This document shows positions 10,861 through 20,619 of a DNA stretch of 64,000 nucleotides, one piece after another; position 1 is the first letter of the stretch; each line of letters opens with the position of its first letter. The notes beneath the pieces are model-generated. The model was not told the DNA's origin. It ran no database searches and worked only from the letters and a program-made list of their open reading frames with translations. A program made the position numbers and the translations under genes. The DNA is from Candidatus Marinacidobacterales bacterium (GTDB lineage: Bacteria > Acidobacteriota > Vicinamibacteria > Marinacidobacterales > SMYC01). Location of the stretch: contig CBDCYI010000009.1 in assembly GCA_965224085.1 (NCBI GenBank), positions 64,001-128,000 on the forward strand. Direction: 5' to 3'.

Positions 10861-11448
10861 ATGTCTGACGAAATGAAAAGCACATTTGAGACAAGAAGCA
10901 AAACACTTATCGGTCTGGCCATTTTCTGTAGTGTGGCTATCCTAGGCTGCGCGCAAGTTGATGAGGAAACTGTGGCGGCCACACCTGAAGAAGAGGTTCC
11001 GGCAGCCGCCAACCCGTTGATTGGCACTGCACAAGAGATACTCGAAGCGTTCAATGCAGACGATTGGGAAGCGTTCAAGACCCTCATGACGGATGACGCC
11101 GTCTACGAGGAGGTGGGAACATCTCAGACAATCAAGGGGGTCGATTCAATCATCGAGCAATTGAAAGGGTGGAAAGGAGCGATGCCTGACGTCAAGGGTA
11201 CCGTGAACAATTCAGAACTCACGGAAAAAGGAGTCCTCCTCGAAGTGACATGGACGGGTACCAACACGGGTCCCTTAGTCGGACCGCACACGGTTTCAAA
11301 ATATGGTCCCGAAGGCTTTCCGGCTACCGGAAAGGTCCAGACTACGCGTGCAGCCTGGGTACTGGAATTCGATGGATCAAAGCTCAGTCGGAGCCGCCAC
11401 TACTTCGACATGCTCTCATTCATGAAACAGCTTGGTGTGATCGAGTAG
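10861..11448 (+). CDS. SnoaL-like ester cyclase / NTF2-fold lipoprotein
   Basis: Lipobox ILGC; WTGTNTGPL..ATGK..YFD pattern; GGAGG upstream of ATG 10861. Confidence 0.8.
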   Translation: MSDEMKSTFETRSKTLIGLAIFCSVAILGCAQVDEETVAATPEEEVPAAANPLIGTAQEILEAFNADDWEAFKTLMTDDAVYEEVGTSQTIKGVDSIIEQLKGWKGAMPDVKGTVNNSELTEKGVLLEVTWTGTNTGPLVGPHTVSKYGPEGFPATGKVQTTRAAWVLEFDGSKLSRSRHYFDMLSFMKQLGVIE

Positions 11449-11680
11449 CACGTTCCGGGTTCGCATCGGTCCGATCTGCCCGTGCAACATGCGTCCCATC
11501 CTGCTCGTCGCTTGCTTTTGATCGCTCGGTAGCGTATGAGCGTCGATATTCATCGTGATCTTCACGCGCTTGTGACCTAGCCCATGTTTCCCTTTTAGGT
11601 CTCTAAGTCATTATAAACAAAGGACTGAGATCCGCGGTTTGTCTCTACGCTGACAGCACCTCCTCGTAAAAGGATGCTTC

Positions 11681-12016
11681 ATGCTCATCGTAGCTTTCGT
11701 TTTGACGCTCAACAACTTCTTCTACGCCGTCAATCCCGCTGCGGCCAAGCCCATATTCGATTGGATCGACCCTTTCGCAATCGTCGCCCTCGTACTCGTT
11801 TTCATCGAGAAAATCCTCGGTTCGATGCGGGGCGAAACCGAATGGCCTCGGCTCGAGGTGACGGTCCTGGTGGGGGCGCTGGTTCATTTATACCCTACAA
11901 TTACCTGGCGAAGATGGGCTGGACTGGAGAGCGGGACCTTGTGGCTGGTTATGGTGCCGTTTGCGGTCTCCTTGCTCATCTATGAGGGCTTTTTTCTGAT
12001 TCGTGAATCCAAATAG
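11681..12016 (+). CDS. Small membrane protein (about 4 TM)
   Basis: 111 aa with alternating hydrophobic segments. Confidence 0.5.
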   Translation: MLIVAFVLTLNNFFYAVNPAAAKPIFDWIDPFAIVALVLVFIEKILGSMRGETEWPRLEVTVLVGALVHLYPTITWRRWAGLESGTLWLVMVPFAVSLLIYEGFFLIRESK

Positions 12017-12099
12017 GGGCTTGTCTAGTCATGGATATAAGCCCCTAACTTAACCGGCACACCTGCTTGGAGCGCCCGTGTCGCCGCGCGTCGAGGGGC

Positions 12100-12285
12100 G
12101 CGGTGGATATGGGGAAGGTCCGAGATGCGGTGGGTCTTCGGTTCGGGGTCGAGGCCGTTGATGAAGCGCGTCTCGACACCGGTGCTCATGCAAAGGAAGT
12201 GGAGCGGGTTGACGGGCGGATTGCGCCCGGCCGGGAGGCCGCTCGCGTACTTGTCCGCTTGCAGCTCGACGCTGGTCAGGGGGTC
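12100..12285 (-). pseudogene. hsdR: Type I restriction HsdR N-terminal internal fragment
   Basis: Manual translation LTSVELQADKYASGLP...PLHFLCMSTGVETRFINGLDPEP resembles HsdR N-termini. Confidence 0.6.
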
Positions 12286-12312
12286 GCAGATTCAAATCCT
12301 GCCGCTCAGACC
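12274..12312 (+). other. Degenerate 3' half of tRNA-Pro (att-like remnant)
   Basis: GGTCAGGGGGTCGCAGATTCAAATCCTGCCGCTCAGACC resembles variable loop, T-arm and acceptor strand; no 5' half. Confidence 0.6.
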
Positions 12313-12322
12313 GCCGATGACG

Positions 12323-13465
12323 TCAGTTGGAACTGGTCGCCGCGAATCGTAACGGCTGCCCTACGAGCCTTCCATGATCCGCGCCCGGCCTCGGCCGAAA
12401 CTTCTGAGCCCTTCCGTTGTAGACTTCGGCCACAAAAAGATTGCCGTCCTGATCCACGCTGATCTGATGGACGCCCCCAAGATCCCCCGGGGAGCTTCCA
12501 TAGGTCCCCCAGGAGTCTAGAAGCTTCCCGTTGAGGTCGTACTTCAATATCCTGTGGGTGGCGCCGTCGGCGACCCAAAGGTGTTGGTCGGCAGTCACGT
12601 AGAGATGGAAAGGGGAGCGGAGGTTGGGCCACTCGTCGAGGTAGTTTCCGTTCTCGTCAAAAATCTGGATCCGGTGGTTCGAGCGGTCGGATACGTACAC
12701 GCGACGCTGATCGTCGATGGCAATACCATGGAGCACGTTGAACTCGCTGGGACCCGTACCAGGCTCGCCCCACTCCATGAGATACTCGCCGTCCTTTGAG
12801 AACTTGACCACCCGCGTGTTGATGTAGCCGTCGGTTACGAAAAACGTGCCGTCGGGCAGCCAGGCGATGTCGGTCGGCCCTGCGAAATGACTTTCATCGT
12901 TGCCGGCGCTGCCCTCGCCCAGGGTCATCACCAGTTCCTCGCCGTCATTGGTGAACTTGTGGATTTGATGGGTGCCCTCCGTCGACGCTGGCGCCAGACC
13001 TGCCGAGATTATCCAAACATGCTTGTCAGGATCGTAGGGGCTTATCAGGATCTTGTGACCCCTGTAGAAGCGCTCGTCATGTTGCGTCCAACTATCGATC
13101 AGCTTCCCGTTCCCATCGACGACGAGCACGCAATGCTCCCAGCGTGGTTCCGCGTTAGTGGCCGTCCGCTGTGAAGCGCCAGGAGGCAGAACGGGTAGCT
13201 CGCCACGCTGAAGGATGAAGATTTTATCCGGCGTCTCGGCAAAGATGCCCGCCGTCGACCCCCAGGTCCACCCCTCGTGGTCTGGTAGAGGCTGCGGCCA
13301 GCCCTCTACGACTTCGTACGGGCCCGTTAAATCTTCACCACCCTTTTCATGAACTTCGGCCGAGGATTGCTGTACCTCGACTTGGCCTTGTTGATCGGGT
13401 GCCGGGGCGCACATGGCCGCCGTCAGGCCCAGAGCTACCGCCCCACCCCAAATCCGCAAATTCAT
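12323..13465 (-). CDS. NHL-repeat beta-propeller (peptidyl-alpha-hydroxyglycine lyase-like) exported protein
   Basis: FFVTDGYINTRVVKF, VYVSDRSNHRIQIFD; signal/lipoprotein N-terminus; GGAGG RBS. Confidence 0.88.
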   Translation of the reverse strand: MNLRIWGGAVALGLTAAMCAPAPDQQGQVEVQQSSAEVHEKGGEDLTGPYEVVEGWPQPLPDHEGWTWGSTAGIFAETPDKIFILQRGELPVLPPGASQRTATNAEPRWEHCVLVVDGNGKLIDSWTQHDERFYRGHKILISPYDPDKHVWIISAGLAPASTEGTHQIHKFTNDGEELVMTLGEGSAGNDESHFAGPTDIAWLPDGTFFVTDGYINTRVVKFSKDGEYLMEWGEPGTGPSEFNVLHGIAIDDQRRVYVSDRSNHRIQIFDENGNYLDEWPNLRSPFHLYVTADQHLWVADGATHRILKYDLNGKLLDSWGTYGSSPGDLGGVHQISVDQDGNLFVAEVYNGRAQKFRPRPGADHGRLVGQPLRFAATSSN

Positions 13466-13499
13466 GGTGACCTCCTTCCCGTCTTGCAGTTACCTTAAT

Positions 13500-13550
13500 A
13501 TCCCAGGGAAGTGTATATATCCTAGGGAAGTTTATAAATCCAGGGAATTG
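13500..13550. promoter_or_regulatory. Three 19 bp-period direct repeats upstream of the NHL gene
   Basis: ATCCCAGGGAAG / ATCCTAGGGAAG / ATCCAGGGAATT starting at 13500, 13519, 13538. Confidence 0.55.
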
Positions 13551-13738
13551 TGTGCGGCTCCGAATTCTTGGCACCAAACCACTCGAGCGGGCCCAAGGTG
13601 CCGTTCGATCCCGGTCGGTGCCGTCGCGGTTGCGAATCGAGGGGTGGTTGATAGTTTCGCTCGCGAGTGGACCCGCTCGCGCACCGCAGAGGCGATTCTC
13701 TACAACCGGGCGGATGGGCTTGATGTTGGGGAGCAATG

Positions 13739-13798
13739 CTAGTTGGCGGGGACCAGACGCTTGAGTTCTTCGTACCAGTTGAGCACGAATTCCAGGCT
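13739..13798 (-). pseudogene. C-terminal stub of a kinase-TolB protein
   Basis: SLEFVLNWYEELKRLVPAN*. Confidence 0.75.
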
Positions 13799-13953
13799 CG
13801 AAAAACCCCTCGATCTTCGCTGTGTGTTCGCCTAATTGCGCCGCTCCTCGTGCCTGACTGCGGCTCTGGCGATGGTTGATCGTTTTTCATCCCTTTTCGC
13901 GAGCTCCCTATCAGCACTGCTACCCCGTAACAAACACTACTCTTCGTCCACAC

Positions 13954-14200
13954 TTATTTCGTCGGTACCAGTCGTTCGAGCTCATGGAACCAGTTGAGCA
14001 CGAATTCCAGCTCGAGGGTGGCGAAATCGATGCCTCTTTTCGGTGATGGCGCGGGCCTTTCCTTGAAGATCGACTCTGACGAGGTGCGATCGAGTCCGCG
14101 TGCGCTTTGTCTTGCATAGACCAAGGAGCCGTCGCTCGCGACCGTGAACTGAGGCGCACCGCCTTCCTCTATGCAGATGGTGCCGACGTCCTGAGGTTCG
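13954..14200 (-). pseudogene. Internally deleted kinase-TolB C-terminal fragment
   Basis: GAPQFTVASDGSLVYA ... LEFVLNWFHELERLVPTK*. Confidence 0.7.
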
Positions 14201-14213
14201 TCACCTAAGGTTC

Positions 14214-14266
14214 GAGTGTGCAACTTTCAACCGGTGAAAATGGGCCGTTTTAGACTGGCGTTGACA
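14214..14266 (-). mobile_element. Orphan IS21-family terminal repeat
   Basis: TGTCAACGCCAGTCTAAAACGGCCCATTTTCACCGGTTGAAAGTTGCACAC: TGT end plus internal tandem transposase-binding repeats. Confidence 0.65.
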
Positions 14267-14541
14267 CTCCTCCGTGATCAGCTTCTCTGGCACGGCGAGG
14301 CTGACCAGGAGCGTCGCCAACGGATTCTTGCGACGCTGCGGCATGTAAATCGAACGAGCACTCGGGCAGCCACCTAACACGCCGATGAACCGGACGTGGT
14401 CTTTCTCTTCGTGTGACGATTGGGTACCAGGCGATCTCAAAGGGATGTTCGGTGCGTCAGCAACTCGGTGAAACGCAGGTGCACGAACCGTTGCAACCGG
14501 TCGACGGCGTACTCATGTAGCGGTGTCGCATGCTGGTCCGG

Positions 14542-16131
14542 CTAGAAGCCAGCCGCTTCACCATCGCTGCGTGGATCGGACGCGCCTTCCAGAAGACCGG
14601 ACGGATGGTGCACCACGGCGCCGGCATGACCCATCAACTCGTCGTACGGGCCCACGACTTCGATGTCGTGACCAGCGTCGCGAAGCCGATCGATGAGATC
14701 TATTTCGAAACGACTCTCCATCCTCAGACGGGTGATTTCGGTTCCCCAGGTCCGCCCCAGCAGCCAGCGCGGTGCGGTGATCGCTGCTTGCAACTCCTGG
14801 CCGTAGAGCACGTGACGAGTGAACACTACCGCTTGCGTCTGAGGCTGGCCGTCACCACCCATAGTGCCGAACACCAGGGTACGCCCGTCGTTCAGCAGCG
14901 CGAGTGGAGGTTGAATGGTGTGAAACGGCCGGCGGCGCGGTTTGAGCTCATTCAGCGAGTGCTTGTCCAGCGCAAAACTGCAGCCGCGGTTCTGCCAGGT
15001 GATGCCGGTATCCGGCAACACCACCCCCGAACCGAACTCCCAGTAGAGGCTCTGGATCATGCTGACCGCCCGACCAGTGGCATCGATTGCGCCCAGCCAA
15101 ACCGTATCGCCCGCCGTCGCGGGATGGGGCCAGGGTGCCGCTCGCTCGCGATCGATGTCGGCCGCCATGGCATCGAGTGCCTGCTCGGTGAGGAATTCGG
15201 CCGGGTCCCGAGGCATGTAATCCGGATCCGTGACCTCTGCATCCCGCACCCGGATTGCCTGTTTGGTGGCCTCGACCAGACTGTGAACGAAATCGAAGCT
15301 CTCCACCTTGCTGACACCTAACCGATCGAACACCCCCAGCAGTATCAGCGACGCCAGTCCTTGGGTGGGGGGTGGCAGATTGAAAATCCGGCCGCAGTCG
15401 AGCGCCAAACAAAGCGGCAAGACGTCACGGCAACGGTAGCGTTTGAGGTCTTCGTGCCCGAGCGGGCTTCTGGCTGCCTGCAAGCCGGCCCCGATGCGGC
15501 GAGCCAGCTCGCCGCGGTAGAAATCATCCAGACCGTTGCGCACCAGCAGTTTCAGGGTTTCCGCAAGTGCGAGGTTCCTGAACAGCTCACCGGCAACCGG
15601 GATCCGTCCGCTCGGCATGTACAGGTCGTGGAACCCGACCGTATCCGCCATCTGATTGTGCTTTGCTGCGGTGCAACTGCTTTGACTGGCCGATACGGCA
15701 AAACCGTGTTCCGCGTAGAACACGGCATCTTCGAGCAGGCGGGCAAGTGGCAGACGGCCACCCCAGGTCCTGCCGACTTCGAAGGCGCGCTGCCAGCCGG
15801 AAACCGCGCCCGCTACCGTGAGGGCGGCACCGGGACCACGCGCCGGTATCGCCGCATCGCCGTGGTCGAGATAGTAGCGGGTATCGGCGGCATCGGCAGC
15901 GCCTCCGCAGGCATCGATACCAGCCGGCTCACTGCCGGGGGCATGGAACAGCCAGAAGTTGTCACCGCCCAGACCGTTCATGTGCGGGTACACGACGGCG
16001 ATAGTACTGCATGCTGCCAGCATTGCTTCGATGGCATTGCCACCTTCGGCCAGCACGCGTTGCCCCGCGCGCGCGGCGAGGTAGTGCGGCGCCGTTACCA
16101 TGCCCTGGTAGGCACGTCGGGTCTGCAGCAT
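14542..16131 (-). CDS. hpxW: Gamma-glutamyltransferase family, oxamate amidohydrolase (HpxW)-like
   Basis: VVYPHMNGLGGD, GDTVWLG nucleophile Thr, QSLYWEFGSG, GTMGGDGQPQ; purine-catabolic context. Confidence 0.75.
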   Translation of the reverse strand: MLQTRRAYQGMVTAPHYLAARAGQRVLAEGGNAIEAMLAACSTIAVVYPHMNGLGGDNFWLFHAPGSEPAGIDACGGAADAADTRYYLDHGDAAIPARGPGAALTVAGAVSGWQRAFEVGRTWGGRLPLARLLEDAVFYAEHGFAVSASQSSCTAAKHNQMADTVGFHDLYMPSGRIPVAGELFRNLALAETLKLLVRNGLDDFYRGELARRIGAGLQAARSPLGHEDLKRYRCRDVLPLCLALDCGRIFNLPPPTQGLASLILLGVFDRLGVSKVESFDFVHSLVEATKQAIRVRDAEVTDPDYMPRDPAEFLTEQALDAMAADIDRERAAPWPHPATAGDTVWLGAIDATGRAVSMIQSLYWEFGSGVVLPDTGITWQNRGCSFALDKHSLNELKPRRRPFHTIQPPLALLNDGRTLVFGTMGGDGQPQTQAVVFTRHVLYGQELQAAITAPRWLLGRTWGTEITRLRMESRFEIDLIDRLRDAGHDIEVVGPYDELMGHAGAVVHHPSGLLEGASDPRSDGEAAGF

Positions 16132-16349
16132 TGAGGCCGTTTTCGAATACTCAGCGGACGATTCCGCTCCTGCAACTGCAATTGTGAATGCGCCAGGCCG
16201 CCGACGCAAGCCGTCTCACTCCCGCGACACGTGATTCATACGCGACGCATCCGCCGCCGTGAAGGCTATGTGCGTCGCTGTTGCGTGGCACGATGCGCCT
16301 GGTAACGTCACTGGACAGTATCGCGCGGATTGTGGTGGGATCGTTTGCT

Positions 16350-17606
16350 ATGGATGACATGACGAGCAGTCGGACCCCCGCCCTTTTCGACGCTCTGGAC
16401 CCGCCACCAAGACTGCTGATGGGTCCGGGTCCGGTCGACGTCTATCCGCCGGTATTGCGTGCCATGGCAACACCCATGCTGGGTCAGTTCGACCCACAGT
16501 TTACCGCCTACATGAACGAGGTCATGGTGTTGTACCGGCAGGTGTTTCGTACCGACAATCAGTGGACGCTTTTGGTCGACGGCACGGCCAGAGCCGGTAT
16601 CGAAGCCTGTCTGGCATCCCTGATCACGCCGGGGGATACGGTGCTGGTGCCGGTGTTCGGGCGTTTCGGGCACTTGCTGATGGAGATCGCGGCGCGCTAT
16701 GACGCGCGCGTCGAATCGATCGAAACCGAGTGGGGGAGCGTGTTCGAGCCCGACCAGATCGCCGACGCGGTGCGTCGACATCGGCCCAACGTACTGGCGA
16801 TGGTTCATGGTGACACCTCGACGACCATGGCGCAGCCGCTCGCCGAAATCGGGGCGTATTGTCATGACGCGGATGTCGTGGTTTACGTTGACGCCACGGC
16901 GACGCTCGGTGGCAATCCGCTGGAAGTCGATGCGTGGCAGCTCGATGCGGTGACCGCCGGATTGCAGAAATGCATGTCAGGCCCCCCGGGTTCTGCGCCG
17001 GTCACTTTCAATGAACGCGTGGCGGACGTCGTCAATACGCGTAAACACATCGAACTCGGCATTCGCCCGCAAGGAGCCCGGGACGCTGCAGGGGCCCGTA
17101 TACGCTCGAACTATTTCGACCTGCCGATGCTGATGGACTACTGGTCGCCGACACGCCTGAATCACCACACCGAGGCGACCAGCATGCTCTACGCAGCGCG
17201 CGAGTGCGCCCGCGTAGTATTGGCCGAGGGTCTGGAGCAGGGGTTTCAGAGACACGCCGTTACCGGTCGCGCGTTGCGTGCCGGTCTCGAGGCCATGGAC
17301 CTGCAACTATACGGCGACCCGGGTGCGCGGATGGCGAACGTGACCGGCGTAGTGATTCCAGATGGCATCGACGGTGATCGGCTGCGAACCGAAATGCTGG
17401 AGGATTTCGGTATCGAGATCGGCACCTCGTTCGGCCCGTTGCACGGCAAGATCTGGCGGATCGGTACGATGGGTCACGTGTGTCGCCGAACGAGCGTATT
17501 GCGCTGTCTTACTGCACTGGAAGCCGTGCTCCGTCGGCAGCACTATACTTCGAGCCCTGGTGCGGCGGTGGATGCCGCCTACGCCGCCTACGAACAGCCG
17601 AGCTGA
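16350..17606 (+). CDS. pucG: (S)-ureidoglycine aminotransferase (PucG/HpxJ), class V PLP enzyme
   Basis: RLLMGPGP, GQFDP, DGTARAGIEA, GLQKC, RLNHHTEAT, WRIGTMG. Confidence 0.88.
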   Translation: MDDMTSSRTPALFDALDPPPRLLMGPGPVDVYPPVLRAMATPMLGQFDPQFTAYMNEVMVLYRQVFRTDNQWTLLVDGTARAGIEACLASLITPGDTVLVPVFGRFGHLLMEIAARYDARVESIETEWGSVFEPDQIADAVRRHRPNVLAMVHGDTSTTMAQPLAEIGAYCHDADVVVYVDATATLGGNPLEVDAWQLDAVTAGLQKCMSGPPGSAPVTFNERVADVVNTRKHIELGIRPQGARDAAGARIRSNYFDLPMLMDYWSPTRLNHHTEATSMLYAARECARVVLAEGLEQGFQRHAVTGRALRAGLEAMDLQLYGDPGARMANVTGVVIPDGIDGDRLRTEMLEDFGIEIGTSFGPLHGKIWRIGTMGHVCRRTSVLRCLTALEAVLRRQHYTSSPGAAVDAAYAAYEQPS

Positions 17607-17618
17607 GCCGTCGCGCCC

Positions 17619-19064
17619 ATGTCGAAACCGCCAGATCGTAAACGCCTCGATCAGGTAACCGGCGTCATCAACGTGGGTCTCGAAGCGTTCGCCAGTGACC
17701 TGTCAGAGCTCGGTGTCGATGTGGTGCACGTGGACTGGGCTCCGCCCGCTGGTGGCGATCCGGAGCTGGCGTCGCTGCTCGGGAAGCTCGATGACGTGTC
17801 GGCGAGCGGCCTGAGTTCGCGCGTCGAGACGGCCAATCGGGAGGCATTGCAGCGCATCCTCGCTTCCGACCCGGTGCTGATCGATGTCGTGCCGGCGACT
17901 GAATGCATTGCCGGGCTGGGGCCGCAAATGATCCTGCATGCCGGCCCGCCAATCGACTGGCAGCGTATGTGCGGGCCGATGCGGGGTGCGGTGGCCGGGG
18001 TCGCGGTTTTCGAGGGCTGGGCGGAGGACCTGGCCGCGGCGGACCGCATGGCGGCGCGCGGTGCTTTCGACTTTCAGCCCAACCATCACTTTGCCGCCGT
18101 TGGACCGATGACCGGTCTGACCACGATGTCCCAGCCAGTGATGGTTGTAGAGAACCGTGCGTTCGGCAACCGTGCGTATTGCACGATCAACGAAGGCCTG
18201 GGAAAAGTCATGCGCTTCGGTGGCAACGACGCGGATGTCCTCAGCCGGCTCGCGTGGCTGCGTGACGTGCTCGGTCCGGTGTTGGGCGATGCTTTGCGTG
18301 ACATGGGGGGCGTCCCAGTCAAGAACCTGGTGGCCCGCGGTCTCGGGATGGGTGATGAGATGCACCAGCGAAACGTTGCCTGCACGGGACTGCTGTTGCG
18401 AGCATTGGCGCCCGCGCTGGCGCGGCGTTGTAACGATAGCGAAACGCTCGCGCAAGCACTGACGTTCATCGCTGGCAACGACCAGTTCTTCCTCAATATC
18501 GCGATGGTGCTCAGCAAGGCGATGATGGATCCGGTGCGCGGTATCGAGGCGAGCACGGTGGTGACCGCCATGTCCAGAAACGGTACCGATTTTGGCATCC
18601 GAGTGAGTGGCACCGGCGATGAGTGGTTCACAGCACCCGTGGAGATGCCGCAGGGCCTGTACTTCCCGGGGTTCAGCGAGGTCGACGCCAACCCGGACAT
18701 GGGTGATTCGACGATCGTCGAGACCGTCGGGCTTGGCGGATTTGCGATGGGCGCAGCGCCAGCGGTGGCAGGGTTCGTAGGGGCCGGACAAGCATCCGAA
18801 GCGGCGCTCGTCACACACCGTATGCGAGAGATCACCGTCGGTGGGAACCCCGAGTGGACGATACCCGCGCTTGACTACCTGGGCGTACCAACCGGCATCG
18901 ATATTCGCCGCGTCGTCGCGAGGCGCATCGCCCCGACCATAAACACCGGCATTGCGCACCGCGAACCCGGGGTAGGGCAGGTCGGCGCCGGGGTTGTCGA
19001 AGCACCGCTCGGCTGCTTTGAGCAGGCGTTGCGTGCCTTCGCGGCGAGGATGGGTATCCGATGA
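17619..19064 (+). CDS. ylbE: YlbE/DUF1116 oxamate carbamoyltransferase subunit (AllG) with N-terminal FdrA-tail module
   Basis: LHAGPPI, GDEMHQRN, PDMGDS, INTGIAHR; N-terminal INVGLEAF..VDWAPPAGG. Confidence 0.88.
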   Translation: MSKPPDRKRLDQVTGVINVGLEAFASDLSELGVDVVHVDWAPPAGGDPELASLLGKLDDVSASGLSSRVETANREALQRILASDPVLIDVVPATECIAGLGPQMILHAGPPIDWQRMCGPMRGAVAGVAVFEGWAEDLAAADRMAARGAFDFQPNHHFAAVGPMTGLTTMSQPVMVVENRAFGNRAYCTINEGLGKVMRFGGNDADVLSRLAWLRDVLGPVLGDALRDMGGVPVKNLVARGLGMGDEMHQRNVACTGLLLRALAPALARRCNDSETLAQALTFIAGNDQFFLNIAMVLSKAMMDPVRGIEASTVVTAMSRNGTDFGIRVSGTGDEWFTAPVEMPQGLYFPGFSEVDANPDMGDSTIVETVGLGGFAMGAAPAVAGFVGAGQASEAALVTHRMREITVGGNPEWTIPALDYLGVPTGIDIRRVVARRIAPTINTGIAHREPGVGQVGAGVVEAPLGCFEQALRAFAARMGIR

Positions 19065-19654
19065 GCATATCCCTGCACCGAGTACGGAGCGGTTTTTTTC
19101 TCGACTCGGTCGCCCTCATGCGCATCTCGCGAGCCGTGGCCGACAGCGACGGTGTCGATGACGCCGCACTGATGATGGGTTCGCCAACCAATCAACGACT
19201 CATGCTCGATGCGGGACTCCTGAGTGGTGACGGAATCGACGCGAGTGGTGGTGATCTGGTGATAGCGGTTCGCGCGCGCTCAAGGGCTGCGGCGGAACAG
19301 GCGCTCGAAGCGGCCGAGTACGCGCTTGATGCGGAACGCGGTTCGCGCGGCCAGCAGAAGACTGGCGGCTTTCGACCGCGCGACCTGCGCGGTGCCTCGC
19401 AGGTGCTGCCGGCTGCCAACCTGGTGTTGATTTCGGTGCCGGGTTTGTACGCCGCTTTCGAAGCGCAGAAGGCACTCGCAAGCGGCCGGCATGTGATGAT
19501 CTTCAGCGACAACGTGGCGCTGGCCGATGAGGTGGCGCTCAAACGCCAGGCGCGGGATCTCGGCTTGCTGGTGATGGGGCCGGACTGCGGCACCGCCATC
19601 ATCGATGGCGTGCCGCTGGCGTTCGCGTGTATCGGTAGCCGGGGAGGCGGCTAG
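19061..19654 (+). pseudogene. fdrA: FdrA (AllF), C-terminally truncated
   Basis: DSVALM, ISVPG, IFSDNV, MGPDCGTA, then a stop after only 197 aa. Confidence 0.8.
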
Positions 19655-19656
19655 CT

Positions 19657-20619
19657 ATGGTGTTCCCGATCCCTGATCGTCTGCTGGTCGCGATCGGCGG
19701 CAACGCGACTCACCCCGAGGACATCGAAGGGACCGGAAACGAGCAGAAGGCGATAGCGGCTCGTACCGCGACTTCGCTGCTGCCGCTGTTGCTTTCGGAC
19801 AACGAGTTGATCATCACGCACGGCAACGGTCCGGTGGTTGGCAAGATACTCATGCGCCAGGCGCTTACGCGCGATCGCATCGCGCCGATGCCGCTCGATA
19901 TCTGCGTCGCCCACAGCCAGGGCGGTATCGCTTACCTGCTCGTGCAGGCACTGGAGAGCGCGCTGCGCAGGGCGGGCAATGAGCGCCATGTCGCGTGCCT
20001 GCTTACCCAGGTCGAGGTCGACGGCGAGGACCCGGAGTTCTCACAGCCGACCAAACCGATCGGCCCGTTTTTCAGCGCGGCAGATGCCGCCGCCGTACAG
20101 GCCGAACTCGGCTGGTTGATGAAACCTGACGGCGCTCGTGGCTGGCGCCATGTTGTGCCGTCACCCGAACCGCTGCATATCTGTGACATTTCACTGGTCG
20201 AGGAGCTGGCGCAACGGGGTACGGCGGTGATCGCCGGTGGCGGTGGCGGTATTCCGGTCGTGCGCGCCCCCGATGGCGCGCGATGCGGTGTCGAAGCCGT
20301 CATCGACAAGGATCGGACATCAGCGCAAATGGCCAATATTCTGGGCATCGAGACGCTTCTGATCCTCACCGCGGTGGAGCGAGTGTCAGTGGATTTCGGC
20401 GGGCCCAACGAGCGCTCGCTCGATACCGTGAGTCTGCAAGAGATCCGCCGCCTGCGTGCCGAACATCAGTTTCCACCGGGCAGCATGGGTCCGAAGATCG
20501 ACGCCGCGATTCACTTCATTGAAGGTGGCGGCGAGCGGGCAGTTATCGGTCATCTGAATGCTGCGCTGAGCGCATTACGCGGCGAAGCCGGCACCCATAT
20601 CGTGCGAGACGATGCTTGA
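19657..20619 (+). CDS. arcC: Carbamate kinase
   Basis: AIGGNA, THGNGP, KPIGPF, GGGGIPV, EAVIDKD, GSMGPK. Confidence 0.93.
   Translation: MVFPIPDRLLVAIGGNATHPEDIEGTGNEQKAIAARTATSLLPLLLSDNELIITHGNGPVVGKILMRQALTRDRIAPMPLDICVAHSQGGIAYLLVQALESALRRAGNERHVACLLTQVEVDGEDPEFSQPTKPIGPFFSAADAAAVQAELGWLMKPDGARGWRHVVPSPEPLHICDISLVEELAQRGTAVIAGGGGGIPVVRAPDGARCGVEAVIDKDRTSAQMANILGIETLLILTAVERVSVDFGGPNERSLDTVSLQEIRRLRAEHQFPPGSMGPKIDAAIHFIEGGGERAVIGHLNAALSALRGEAGTHIVRDDA

Noticed and set aside
12274-12312. Functional tRNA
   Set aside because: 5' half absent and T-stem mismatched
10461-12434. 120 bp repeat at a gene 3' end as a DGR template/variable repeat pair
   Set aside because: Differences are not confined to adenines on either strand and no reverse transcriptase is present; better explained as a paralog stub
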